Of a DNA stretch of 64,000 nt, positions 53,887-63,564 are shown piece by piece. Positions within the stretch are counted from its first letter, which is position 1. Each line of letters begins with the position of its first letter. The position numbers were made by a program, and so were the translations under genes. The notes under the pieces were generated by a model, which was not told the origin of the DNA, searched no databases, and was given only the letters and a program-made list of their open reading frames with translations. Location of the stretch: contig QGON01000065.1 of the NCBI GenBank assembly GCA_003660235.1, forward strand, positions 87,897 through 151,896, in the 5' to 3' direction. The stretch comes from a bacterium endosymbiont of Escarpia laminata. Lineage in GTDB: Bacteria > Pseudomonadota > Gammaproteobacteria > Chromatiales > Chromatiaceae.

Positions 53887-54506
53887 ATGGTCTCGACAAC
53901 GACGTCGCTGGAGGTGGCGTTGATGTCCCACAGCATGCCTTCGCCCTCGTAAAAACCAGCCAGCGGTGCGGTCTGCTCGTTGAAGACGTCCAGACGCTTG
54001 GAGATCGCCTCTTCGGTCTCGTCGTCACGCTGTACCACGGCACCGCCGCAAGCGTCGCACCTACCCTCTTCCTTCGGCGGGTTGCTCTTGACATTGTAGA
54101 TGGCGCCGCAGTCCACGCAGGTACGACGGGTGGTCAGACGGTCGAGGATCACCTCACGGGGCACATTCAGGTTGACCACGCCGTCCAGCGCGATGTTCAA
54201 CTTGGCCAGCAGCTCTTTCAGCGCCTCTGCCTGGGGGATGGTGCGGGGAAAGCCGTCCAGCAGGAAACCGGCCTTGCAGTCATCTTCCAGCAAGCGCTCA
54301 CCCATGATACCCATGATCAGGTCGTCGGAAACCAGCTCACCGGCGGTCATGGCAGCTTTGGCCTTCTTGCCCAGTTCGGTGCCGGCCTTGACGGCGGCGC
54401 GCAGGATGTCGCCGGTGGATATCTGCACGGAACCGTCGATAGCGGTCAACAGTTTGGCTACAGTGCCCTTGCCCGCGCCGGGCGCACCCAGAAGAATCAG
54501 TCGCAT
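53865..54506 (-). CDS. adk: Adenylate kinase with 4-Cys zinc LID
   Basis: LLGAPGAGKGT, ISTGDILR, LDGFPRT and LID CVDC...CDAC. Confidence 0.96.
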   Translation of the reverse strand: MRLILLGAPGAGKGTVAKLLTAIDGSVQISTGDILRAAVKAGTELGKKAKAAMTAGELVSDDLIMGIMGERLLEDDCKAGFLLDGFPRTIPQAEALKELLAKLNIALDGVVNLNVPREVILDRLTTRRTCVDCGAIYNVKSNPPKEEGRCDACGGAVVQRDDETEEAISKRLDVFNEQTAPLAGFYEGEGMLWDINATSSDVVVETIQANLKG

Positions 54507-54734
54507 AGTCTTACCCTTTTACTTAAGATGGTGAATCGAGTTGATGAGCTGTTTCCCCCGCTCACACGGGAATAGGGCGCAGATTGTGTCGCTACTGGGG
54601 GAAAAAATCAAAAATGTCTGCAAATAGACCGCCCCAACGGTGGATTTTCGTCGCCCATTCTGGTGAAATTCGCCGTCTTCCTGCTCGTTTTGCAGACGGA
54701 TTCTCCAACCTAACAAGGTCGACCTGGACGCAGC

Positions 54735-55457
54735 ATGAACTCCCCTGACCCGACAACCCACGATGAACCCGCCTCCGGCAAGCCGCGCCGCGGCAATGGG
54801 CGTATCAGGCTGATCCTGGCACTGGGGGCCGTTGCCCTGCTGATCTTCTGGTTCTACCCGATGCTCTTTACGGAAGAGGTAAGTCCCGGGATACCGCAGG
54901 AAGAGATCGACCCTATCATCCGCGCCCAGATCGAAGCGGCCAGGCAGCCAGATGGAGAACCGGCAGAATCGGCGCCGCTAGAGATTGAGTCCAGACCCGA
55001 AACGATCGATACCCAGACGGCGAAGATAGAGATGCCGCAGACTCTCCCCCCCCCTATGCGGGATCTGGAAGAGGGTGAGGCCGCGAGAATCCTTATCGCC
55101 TCCATCCGTCATGGCAGGGAGAACCTGGAATTGGACCAGTTGAGCCAACGAGCACACACATTCCAGCAGGAGGGAAAAACCACTGACGCCTATCTGCTCT
55201 ATTTCTTCGCCGCCCGGCAGGGTCACGCGAACTCGGCCCTAATCCTGGGCAAGATGAACGACCCGGCCACGTTCGACGCCGACACCGACATACTCGAACG
55301 GCCTGACCCGACCCAAGCCTTCAAGTGGTACTCCATGGCCGCCGGGAATGGACTCAGCGAGGCACAGACCCGCCTCGCCACACTACACGACACCCTCGAG
55401 CAGGCGGCTGCCAATGGAGACCCCCAAGCACAACGGCTGCTGCTGAACTGGCAATGA
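54735..55457 (+). CDS. Membrane-anchored Sel1-like repeat protein
   Basis: Single N-terminal TM; AARQGHANSALILGKMND and AFKWYSMAAGNG Sel1-type motifs. Confidence 0.75.
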   Translation: MNSPDPTTHDEPASGKPRRGNGRIRLILALGAVALLIFWFYPMLFTEEVSPGIPQEEIDPIIRAQIEAARQPDGEPAESAPLEIESRPETIDTQTAKIEMPQTLPPPMRDLEEGEAARILIASIRHGRENLELDQLSQRAHTFQQEGKTTDAYLLYFFAARQGHANSALILGKMNDPATFDADTDILERPDPTQAFKWYSMAAGNGLSEAQTRLATLHDTLEQAAANGDPQAQRLLLNWQ

Positions 55458-57478
55458 CTATGCAACTGCGAATCCTCTCACTCATTCTGCTCCTCAGCCT
55501 GACGAACGGCCCGCTGTTTGCCGCGCTGGAAACCCCTCTTCGCCCCCTTCTGATGCCGGACAAACAGTCGCTCTATCAGCGTGTGTTGGCCAAACCGGAC
55601 GCACTTATCCACGCCGCCCCGGAGAGTGAAGCGCGGGAGAAAGCCGTCCCCTTTACCGCCTTTTATGTCTATGCACGGCGGGAAGTCAACGGCGGGGGCT
55701 GGCAGCAGGTGGGACATAACCGCCACGGCCAGCTTGCTGGCTGGATCAGGGAAACGGATCTGATCCCCTGGAATCAGGGGCTGACCATCGCCTTTCGAGA
55801 ACCCCTGGGCAACGACCGCGTCCTTCTGTTCAGAGACAAGGAGGGACTCAAATCACTTGTGGACAGCTATGACCTGGAGCATTACAAGCAGGTCTATGCA
55901 GAGGCTGAAAGCGGCAAACTGACCGCCGAATCTCCGGTCATCGCCATCCAGCCAAAAATCCATGTGGACATACTCAAGGATTTCTATCTGGTTCCTATCC
56001 GCAGCCATGAGGATGTCTATCTCGGCAGTGAGCAGGCGCGTATCCTGCAAGTCTCCAGCGTACCCTTGCAGACAACCAAAAAGCGGCAACCGAAGAGAGA
56101 GCAGGCTAAACCGGCCAACCCAACAGCAGCACCGGCCAAACGATTCCGCTCAGGCGTGGTCTTTGTCATCGACGCCACCCTCTCCATGGATCCCTACATC
56201 GACCGCACCCGCGAGGCAGTGCGCAAGGTCTACGAAACCATCACCAAAGAGGCGCTGACCGGCGATGTCAGCTTTGGTCTGATCGCCTTCCGGGACAACC
56301 CCGAAAGCGTGCCGGAACTGGAGTACCTCACCCGCACCTACGTCACGCTGGAACAGGGACAAAACGCCGACAGTTTCTTCAGGCAGGTCTCTTCGCTGAA
56401 GGCCGCCATCGTCTCCAGCAAAGGATTCATCGAAGACAGCTTTGCCGGTATCAACGAGGCCATCGACAACATCGACTGGGAGGGTCAGGATGCCCGCTAT
56501 GTCGTGCTGATAACCGACGCTGGCCCGCGAGACGCCTCCGATCCGCTCTCCGGCACCGGTCTCAATGCCGAAAGCCTCTCCCGGCTGGCACGCGACAAAG
56601 GTATCGCCCTCTCGGTGCTGCACCTGCTGACCCCGAGCCAGTACGCCAACCACGAAGGCGCTGCGGAACGCTACAAGGCGCTCTCCTACTACCCCGGCAT
56701 CGGCAGTTTCTACTTTGGCGTCAAGACCGGTGACGTAAACCGCTTTGGCCGCGTCATGGACGCCCTGGCCCACCAGATCACCGACCAGGTAAAGGTCACT
56801 GCCATCGCCGCAGCGGGTAAAGCCCTCCAGCGCCAGCCGGCCCCTGCACCTGATAAAAAAGAGCCGGATGAGGAACCGGATCAGCTGGCCCAGTTCCAGG
56901 CCAAGGTCGCAAAGCTCGGTTATGCCCTGCGCATGCGCTATCTGCAGCAGGGCGAGGCAGAGCAGATCCCCAGCGTTTTCAATGCCTGGCTGGTGGATCG
57001 GGATTTTAAAAACCCGGAACGCCAGACCCTGGACGTGCGCGTCCTGCTGACCCGCGACCAGCTGAGTGATCTGCACAGCATCATGCGTCAGGTGCTGGAA
57101 ACTGCGGAGGAGGGTCTGCTCTCCCCTCGCAGTTTTCTCAATGATCTGAAGAGTCTGGCCGCCACCATCTCACGGGATCCGGAGCAACTCGGCAGCACCA
57201 CCCGCGTCAGCGGCGCCCTCGAAGGCAATCTGGCGGACATGGGTTTCATGCGCGAATATATCGAAGACCTGCCCTACACGGGGGAAGTGATGAGCCTCTC
57301 CCTGGAAGACTGGCAGGACTGGCCGGCGAGGGATCAACTCGCCTTCATCCACCGGATGGAGGAGAAGATCAACTACTACCAGGTGCTGCACGACCATACC
57401 GACCTCTGGGTCTCCCTCGATGGCAGTTCGATTTCCGGCGACTCAGTATTCCCTATCGCGCTGGAAATGCTGCCTTAA
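55454..57478 (+). CDS. Exported vWA-domain protein resembling the periplasmic part of PpkA
   Basis: Start moved to ATG 55454 (ATGA overlap). Signal peptide, VVFVIDATLSM MIDAS motif, VLLTRDQLSDL and C-terminal FPIALEMLP. Confidence 0.8.
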   Translation: MTMQLRILSLILLLSLTNGPLFAALETPLRPLLMPDKQSLYQRVLAKPDALIHAAPESEAREKAVPFTAFYVYARREVNGGGWQQVGHNRHGQLAGWIRETDLIPWNQGLTIAFREPLGNDRVLLFRDKEGLKSLVDSYDLEHYKQVYAEAESGKLTAESPVIAIQPKIHVDILKDFYLVPIRSHEDVYLGSEQARILQVSSVPLQTTKKRQPKREQAKPANPTAAPAKRFRSGVVFVIDATLSMDPYIDRTREAVRKVYETITKEALTGDVSFGLIAFRDNPESVPELEYLTRTYVTLEQGQNADSFFRQVSSLKAAIVSSKGFIEDSFAGINEAIDNIDWEGQDARYVVLITDAGPRDASDPLSGTGLNAESLSRLARDKGIALSVLHLLTPSQYANHEGAAERYKALSYYPGIGSFYFGVKTGDVNRFGRVMDALAHQITDQVKVTAIAAAGKALQRQPAPAPDKKEPDEEPDQLAQFQAKVAKLGYALRMRYLQQGEAEQIPSVFNAWLVDRDFKNPERQTLDVRVLLTRDQLSDLHSIMRQVLETAEEGLLSPRSFLNDLKSLAATISRDPEQLGSTTRVSGALEGNLADMGFMREYIEDLPYTGEVMSLSLEDWQDWPARDQLAFIHRMEEKINYYQVLHDHTDLWVSLDGSSISGDSVFPIALEMLP

Positions 57479-57485
57479 ATTAACT

Positions 57486-58265
57486 GTGAGCAGTTTTTCC
57501 AATGAGCCGCCGGGGGCACCCAACCCCACCGGCAACAGGATACTCATCTACCATTTGCGCGACGTGGTAAAGACCCGTGAGGCAGAGGGCGCGGCCTTCC
57601 GCCTACGCGTACCCAGCCTGCAGATCGCCTTGGGGGAGAAGGTCGCCCTGATCGGCGAGAGTGGCAGTGGCAAGAGCACCCTGCTCGACATGCTCTCCAT
57701 GACCCTCAAACCCAGCGAGATCGGCTCCTTCCGCTTTCGTCCCGGTGCCGGTGCAGAACCCGTGGATATCGCAGAGCATTGGCGCAAGAATCGGCTCAAC
57801 CGGCTTGGCGACCTGCGCCGTCAGCGTATCGGGTATGTCATGCAGACAGGTGGACTGCTGCCCTATCTCACGGTGCGGGAAAATATTGGTCTCTCGCGGC
57901 GGCTGCTCAATATGCCGGGGGATGAAACGATCGAAGAACTCGCCGGCAATCTCGGTATTCGGCGCCATCTCGACAAACTGCCGCACCTGCTCTCCGTAGG
58001 TGAACGCCAGCGGGTTGCCATCGGCCGCGCTCTGGCTCATCGCCCCTCCATCGTCATCGCCGACGAACCGACCGCCTCCCTCGATCCGATCGCCGCTGAG
58101 AAGATCATGTCCCTCTTCATCGAATTGGTGGACGAGCTCCATATCACCGTCATCATCGCCAGCCACGCTTGGCGGCATATCAACCGGCTAGGTCTGCGTC
58201 ATCTCTCCCACGTCACGCGGCGCGAGGAGAATGGCCATACCACCGAAACCGTGGTGAGTGGGTAG
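57486..58265 (+). CDS. ABC transporter ATP-binding protein (TagT/LolD-like)
   Basis: GESGSGKST, LSVGERQRVAIGRAL and IADEPTASLD; start uncertain (GTG 57486 assumed). Confidence 0.88.
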   Translation: MSSFSNEPPGAPNPTGNRILIYHLRDVVKTREAEGAAFRLRVPSLQIALGEKVALIGESGSGKSTLLDMLSMTLKPSEIGSFRFRPGAGAEPVDIAEHWRKNRLNRLGDLRRQRIGYVMQTGGLLPYLTVRENIGLSRRLLNMPGDETIEELAGNLGIRRHLDKLPHLLSVGERQRVAIGRALAHRPSIVIADEPTASLDPIAAEKIMSLFIELVDELHITVIIASHAWRHINRLGLRHLSHVTRREENGHTTETVVSG

Positions 58266-59484
58266 AACACTAGTGCTGCGCCGCTTCAAAAACGTCTTCT
58301 GGCTCGCCAATCGCGATTACAAAAACGAATGGCAGATGTCCAGCTTCTTCGTGATCGCCCTGGCCGCCGTGCTGGCTCCAATGATGATCCTCTTCGGACT
58401 CAAGTTCGGCATCATCGGCAGCATGTTGGACAATCTGATCGAAGATCCCCGCAACCGGGAGATTCGTCCCATCGGCAGCGGCCGCTACGACCGGGCCTGG
58501 ATCGAAAATCTGCGCCGCCAGGACGGCGTCTACTTCATCGTGCCCCGCACCCGTGCCATCGCCGCCACCATTCAGCTCAAAAGCAAAAATGCCACTCGCA
58601 TCCTGTCGGTGGAGATGCTGCCCACGGATCGTGGTGACCCACTGCTGAACGAACTCGATATACCCATCGGGCTGCATCAACTCGTCCTGTCCAAATCTGC
58701 GGCACGCAAACTCAAGGCTAGCAAGGGCGACAAGATAAGCGGCAGCCTGGCCCGGAGATTCCGTGGCCGCAGCGAACGGGTGCATATCGAACTGACGGTT
58801 GTGGATATCGCCAAACCGGGGGCATTCAGCCGTGACGGCGCATTCGCCCCTGTCTATCTGGTGGAATCGGCAGAGGCGTTTCGTGACGGCCAGGCGGTGC
58901 CGGCGCTGGGCTGGAAGGGCAACAAACCGGAAGGCGCGGGGCGAACCTACCCCAGTTTTCGGCTCTATGCCCGCTCCATCTACGATGTCGAACCTATCAG
59001 CAAGATACTGTTGCAGCAGGGTATAGAGGTGCGTACCCGCGCGGCGGATATCGAGATCGTCCGCAACATGGATCGTAATCTGAGTGCGGTGTTCTGGCTG
59101 ATCGCCGTGATCGGCCTGATCGGCTTCTCTTTCTCTCTCGGCGCCAGTTTATGGGCCAATGTGGATCGCAAGCGCAAAGAGTTGAGCGTACTGCGGCTGG
59201 TGGGATTTCGCACCGGTGATATCATCTGGTTCCCGGTAATCCAGTCACTTTTTACCGGCATCCTCGGCTGGGCCAGTGCATCTCTGATCTACCTGGGTGT
59301 CGCCTATACCATCAATGAGATGTTCGCCTCACAACTGGAGAGTGGCGACACTGTCTGCCGACTGTTGCCTGAGCATTTTCTCATCGCTCTGGGACTGACC
59401 TGCACCGCCGCTATCCTCGCCGCCACCCTGGCGGGTTACCGTGCTGCCAGAGTAGAGCCTTCGGAGGGCCTGCGGGATATCTAA
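58258..59484 (+). CDS. ABC permease, FtsX/MacB-like (TagS-like)
   Basis: One TM, large periplasmic loop, three TMs; RKRKELSVLRLVG motif. Confidence 0.86.
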   Translation: MGRTLVLRRFKNVFWLANRDYKNEWQMSSFFVIALAAVLAPMMILFGLKFGIIGSMLDNLIEDPRNREIRPIGSGRYDRAWIENLRRQDGVYFIVPRTRAIAATIQLKSKNATRILSVEMLPTDRGDPLLNELDIPIGLHQLVLSKSAARKLKASKGDKISGSLARRFRGRSERVHIELTVVDIAKPGAFSRDGAFAPVYLVESAEAFRDGQAVPALGWKGNKPEGAGRTYPSFRLYARSIYDVEPISKILLQQGIEVRTRAADIEIVRNMDRNLSAVFWLIAVIGLIGFSFSLGASLWANVDRKRKELSVLRLVGFRTGDIIWFPVIQSLFTGILGWASASLIYLGVAYTINEMFASQLESGDTVCRLLPEHFLIALGLTCTAAILAATLAGYRAARVEPSEGLRDI

Positions 59485-59485
59485 C

Positions 59486-59551
59486 GTAGGAGCGGCGCCT
59501 CGCCGCGAAAACTCGATTCCAGTTCCATTCGCGGCGGGGCGCCGCTCCTAC
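59486..59551. repeat. GTAG-type REP doublet (inverted pair)
   Basis: GTAGGAGCGGCGCCTCGCCGCGAA (59486-59509) and its inverted copy (59528-59551) match at 23/24 nt; located between convergent genes. Confidence 0.85.
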
Positions 59552-59555
59552 AGGA

Positions 59556-59903
59556 TTATCCCGCATAGCCGGTTAGAAAAAAATAGACCCCAAAACAGAG
59601 CCAGGAGAGCAGCAGCAATATCCAGGGCAGTTTGCTGTTTTTCGCCGGGGTGATTTCCGCTACGGCTTCCGGCTGTGTGGGTTGCGGTGCTGCTGAAACC
59701 GTGGCTTTTTTCAGTTTTTTATCGAGTTCCCGCGCCTTGACCTTGTGTTGTTTCTTATAGAGGTCAATGCCCTTCTGGATGCCCTGAGCAATCAGCTTCG
59801 TCTGCTCCTTGGTCTGTCCCGGTTTTTGCGTCCCGCGCGCAATCTTCATCGCTTCGTCCCTGGTTTCATCCGAAACCACCGCTTTTTTGGAATATTTTGC
59901 CAT
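59556..59903 (-). CDS. DUF2956 family protein
   Basis: EAMKIARGTQKPGQTKEQTKLIAQGIQKGIDLYKKQHK and C-terminal TM LPWILLLLSW. Confidence 0.85.
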   Translation of the reverse strand: MAKYSKKAVVSDETRDEAMKIARGTQKPGQTKEQTKLIAQGIQKGIDLYKKQHKVKARELDKKLKKATVSAAPQPTQPEAVAEITPAKNSKLPWILLLLSWLCFGVYFFLTGYAG

Positions 59904-59906
59904 AGA

Positions 59907-62111
59907 TCAAACCCCCCGTTTGACGTCCATCACGTCAGGCAACTGCTCGACCTTGGTCAGCAGACGACTGAGCTGTTCCACATCGTTCACTTCGACGGTG
60001 AATTGCATCGTGGCGGTATCGGTCTTGCGGTCACTGTTCGTTGTGACGCCGATGACATCAACCTCGTCGCCGGAGAAGATCGATGAGATATCACGCAGCA
60101 GTCCCTTACGGTCTGCCGCAAGGATACGGATATCGACCGGGTAGGTTGACTCTTCATGCTGATCACTCCAGCACACCTCCACCAGACGCTCCAGTTCGTC
60201 CTCATCCATCGCACGGATATTGGAGCAATTCCGCCGATGCACCGTCACACCCCGGCCGCGGGTGACATAGCCGACAATAGAATCATAAGGGACCGGCTTG
60301 CAGCAACGGGCCATGTTGGTCATCAAATCATCGACCCCATCCACTACCACTTCGCCTTTGATCTGCGCTTTTGCATGCGCCTTTTCCACGGGCAGTTCGG
60401 CCTGCTCCGACTGCTTTTCTCTTATCCCGGAACCGGCCACCTGTACGGGTGACAGCTCACCACGACCGATGGCGGCATAGACATCATCAACCTGTTTGAG
60501 ATTGTGTCTCTCCGCGACTTCTTCCAGATCGGGCTTTTCGATCACACTGAGACGGATGATCTCCCTATCCAGTGCCGCACGGCCAAGCTCGACATAGTGC
60601 TCATAATCGAGGTGTTTGAACCATTGACGCACCCGGCTTCGCGCCCGACTGCTCTTCAGATAGCCGAGACGAGGATTGATCCAGTCCCGGCTGGGCGTGC
60701 CGTTCTTCGAGGTCAACACTTCAACGATTTCACCGCTCTTCAGAGGACGCGTGAGCTGCACGATGTAGCCATCCACCTTCGCTCCCTTGCATCTGTGCCC
60801 GATATCGGTATGGATCGCATAGGCGAAATCGAGCGGCGTCGAGCCTATCGGCCACTCGACCACCTTGCTCTGCGGCGTGAGGACATAGATGCGGGTCGCC
60901 TCCATCTCCGTGTCGAGATGTTGGAAATAATCGCTGTAATCGTCACCACTGTCCTTCAGCTCCAGCCACTGGCGCATCCAGACAACGCGCAGCTCGAAAT
61001 CTGCATCATGTTTGGCGTTCTCCTTGTAGCGCCAGTGGGCTGCAACACCCAATTCCGAATGGTGATGCATATCCTGTGTGCGAATCTGTACCTCCAGAGT
61101 CTTATCCTCAGGACCGATCACCGCAGTGTGAATGGATTGATACATGTTCGCCTTGGGTGTGGCGATGTAGTCATCGAATTCGCCGGGGATGTGTTTCCAG
61201 AGTCCGTGCACAATGCCGAGCACCTCATAACACTGGGCAATGTCACTCACCAACACCCGCACCGCACGCAGGTCGAAGATCTGTTCGATATCCACCGCCT
61301 TGCGCTGCATCTTCCTCCAGATAGAGTAGATATGCTTGGGACGGCCACTGATATCCGCCTCTATACCCTGTTTGCGAAACTCCCCGTCGAGCAGTTCAAT
61401 CACTTCGCTGATAAATTGTTCCCGCTCCTCGCGCCGTCCATCCAGTTGACTGGCCAGACGCTTGTAATCATCCGGATTGAGAAAACGTAGCGACAGGTCT
61501 TCCAACTCCCATTTGACCTGCCAGATGCCCAGCCGGTTGGCCAGTGGCGCATAGATGGCGCGGGTCTCCTGCGCCAGACGCAGACGGGTCTCTTCGGGAA
61601 GCTCTCGGGCAATGCGCATCAGATGCAACCGCTCGCCCACAACAACCAACACGACGCGGACATCTTCCGCAATCCCCAGCAAGAGTCGCCGCAGGTTCTC
61701 TGCGTGCTCCGCCTCATCGGCATGATTGGTTTCGGAGGATAGACCGGTCAGGGCGCCGATACGGGTGAGGTCATCCACCATGGTGGCAACACTCTTGCCA
61801 AAGCGCTCTTCCAGCTGCTCCAGAGTGATCGTTGAATCGGTCAGCGACCCAAGCAGTATCGCCGCCGCAAGGGTCTCGCGGTCGAGGCGCATGCCCAACA
61901 GAATCTCCGCCACCGACAGGCCATGACGCAGCCGGGTCTCACCCGAGGGAAGAAAGACGTCGCCACCCGCATCCAGCGCCACTTCACAGGCGTCCCGCAG
62001 ATAGTCGACATCCTCCCGACTGTTTTCCTGTCCATACGCCTCCAGCCAGGCATCTATGCCCTGCTGATCGACAGACGTTCCTGCGGGCAGACTGGTGGTT
62101 ACACTGACCAT
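59907..62111 (-). CDS. relA: GTP pyrophosphokinase RelA
   Basis: GRPKHIYSIWRKM, YQSIHT, EVQIRT and AAHWRYKE motifs, TGS and ACT domains, degenerate HD. Confidence 0.96.
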   Translation of the reverse strand: MVSVTTSLPAGTSVDQQGIDAWLEAYGQENSREDVDYLRDACEVALDAGGDVFLPSGETRLRHGLSVAEILLGMRLDRETLAAAILLGSLTDSTITLEQLEERFGKSVATMVDDLTRIGALTGLSSETNHADEAEHAENLRRLLLGIAEDVRVVLVVVGERLHLMRIARELPEETRLRLAQETRAIYAPLANRLGIWQVKWELEDLSLRFLNPDDYKRLASQLDGRREEREQFISEVIELLDGEFRKQGIEADISGRPKHIYSIWRKMQRKAVDIEQIFDLRAVRVLVSDIAQCYEVLGIVHGLWKHIPGEFDDYIATPKANMYQSIHTAVIGPEDKTLEVQIRTQDMHHHSELGVAAHWRYKENAKHDADFELRVVWMRQWLELKDSGDDYSDYFQHLDTEMEATRIYVLTPQSKVVEWPIGSTPLDFAYAIHTDIGHRCKGAKVDGYIVQLTRPLKSGEIVEVLTSKNGTPSRDWINPRLGYLKSSRARSRVRQWFKHLDYEHYVELGRAALDREIIRLSVIEKPDLEEVAERHNLKQVDDVYAAIGRGELSPVQVAGSGIREKQSEQAELPVEKAHAKAQIKGEVVVDGVDDLMTNMARCCKPVPYDSIVGYVTRGRGVTVHRRNCSNIRAMDEDELERLVEVCWSDQHEESTYPVDIRILAADRKGLLRDISSIFSGDEVDVIGVTTNSDRKTDTATMQFTVEVNDVEQLSRLLTKVEQLPDVMDVKRGV

Positions 62112-62139
62112 TGGCGATTCACTGTGTTAGCGCCTAACA

Positions 62140-63381
62140 CTAGTCGAGTACATGGCTCACAAGTCCATCCGCCAGCTTGGGCTCGAACCAGGTCGATTTG
62201 GGGGGCATCACCTCCCCGGCATCGGCTACCGCCATCAGGTCTTCCATCCCGGTGGGAAAGAACGAGAAGGCGACCTGCATCTCACCGCTGTCCACCCTTT
62301 TCTCCAGACCAACCAGACTGCGAATGCCGCCGACAAAGTCGATGCGGCTGTCACGGCGAGGATCGGAGATCCCAAGAATCGGCTCGATCAGATTGTTGGC
62401 TAACAGACTCACGTCCAGCCGGCCCACCGGGTCGTCGCTGGGGATACTTTCACCACTCAGGCGCAGCCGGTACCACTGCTTGTCCAGATACATGCCGAAT
62501 TCGGCAGGCTGCGACGGCTTAACCGGTAAATCGCTGGCCTCGACACTGAAGGCCTCACCGACCTGAGAGAGAAAGGCAGCCGGATCCAGCCCGTTGAGAT
62601 CCTTCACCACCCGATTGTAGTCGAGGATCTGCATCTGATTGTGGGGGAAAATCACGGTCAGAAAGTAATTATAGGACTCGTCGCCGGTATGGTTTGGATT
62701 GTCCGCCTTACGGGCGGCACCCACCCGGGAACCCGCCGCCGAGCGGTGGTGGCCGTCGGCCACGTAGAGGGCATCCATGGCATCGAAAGCATCGGTCAAG
62801 CGGGCAACCGTGTTCTCATCGTCCACTACCCATATCTCATGCCGTACACCATCAGCGGCGGTGACATCCATATCCGGCGTGGCCCCGGAAACCCTGGCAA
62901 GGGTGTCGTCAACACTGGGTGTGCTGGGGTAGACCAGAAACACTGGACCTGTCTGGGCGTTGAGGGCATCGACCTGGCGCACCCGGTCATCCTCTTTCGC
63001 AGGGCGGGTGAATTCATGTTTCTTGATGCGGTTGCTGTCGTAGGCCTCAACCGAAGCCGCCGCTGCCAGACCGGTCTGCACATGCTCACCCATGGTCAGT
63101 CGATAGACGTAGTAGCAGGGCTTCTCATCCCGCACCAGTACGCCTTCATCCTCCATCTTCGCCAGATTTTCCGCCGCCTTGGCATAGACCTCGGGCGCGT
63201 AAGGGTCAGTACCTTCAGGCAGATCCACCTCTGGGCGGGAGATATGCAGGAAACTCCAGGGACGGCCCACCACCATCTCGCGGGCTTCCGCTTCATTCAT
63301 TACATCGTAAGGTGGGGCAGCCACATCGGCTGCACGACCAGCAGCGGGACGCAGCCCTGGAAATGCTCTGATCAACGGCAT
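62140..63381 (-). CDS. DUF1015 family protein
   Basis: PPYDV, IKKHEFTR, YVADGHHRSAA and MPPKSTWFEPKL motifs. Confidence 0.93.
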   Translation of the reverse strand: MPLIRAFPGLRPAAGRAADVAAPPYDVMNEAEAREMVVGRPWSFLHISRPEVDLPEGTDPYAPEVYAKAAENLAKMEDEGVLVRDEKPCYYVYRLTMGEHVQTGLAAAASVEAYDSNRIKKHEFTRPAKEDDRVRQVDALNAQTGPVFLVYPSTPSVDDTLARVSGATPDMDVTAADGVRHEIWVVDDENTVARLTDAFDAMDALYVADGHHRSAAGSRVGAARKADNPNHTGDESYNYFLTVIFPHNQMQILDYNRVVKDLNGLDPAAFLSQVGEAFSVEASDLPVKPSQPAEFGMYLDKQWYRLRLSGESIPSDDPVGRLDVSLLANNLIEPILGISDPRRDSRIDFVGGIRSLVGLEKRVDSGEMQVAFSFFPTGMEDLMAVADAGEVMPPKSTWFEPKLADGLVSHVLD

Positions 63382-63492
63382 GTTGAAATCCTTGAAGTTC
63401 AGGTAGGAGAGACGCTATGGCGCCAACATAAAGTTAGACCCGGGGATTGTTTCAAATGCACGAGCCACAGATCAAGCACATTCGCTGATCCA

Positions 63493-63510
63493 TGTCAGGA
63501 AATTCCTACA
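63493..63510 (+). promoter_or_regulatory. GacA/UvrY/LetA binding box
   Basis: TGTCAG-GAAATT-CCTACA against consensus TGTAAG-N6-CTTACA (10/12), about 55-72 nt upstream of the proposed sRNA start. Confidence 0.7.
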
Positions 63511-63564
63511 GAAATCCCGGAATTTTCCCGCAGATATAACTCGGTTCAAATGCCATGATTAAAT

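Noticed and set aside
54549-54575. CTGTTTCCCCCGCTCACACGGGAATAG resembles a type I-E CRISPR repeat
   Set aside because: Single copy, no spacers, no cas genes; more likely an ordinary hairpin in the adk promoter region.
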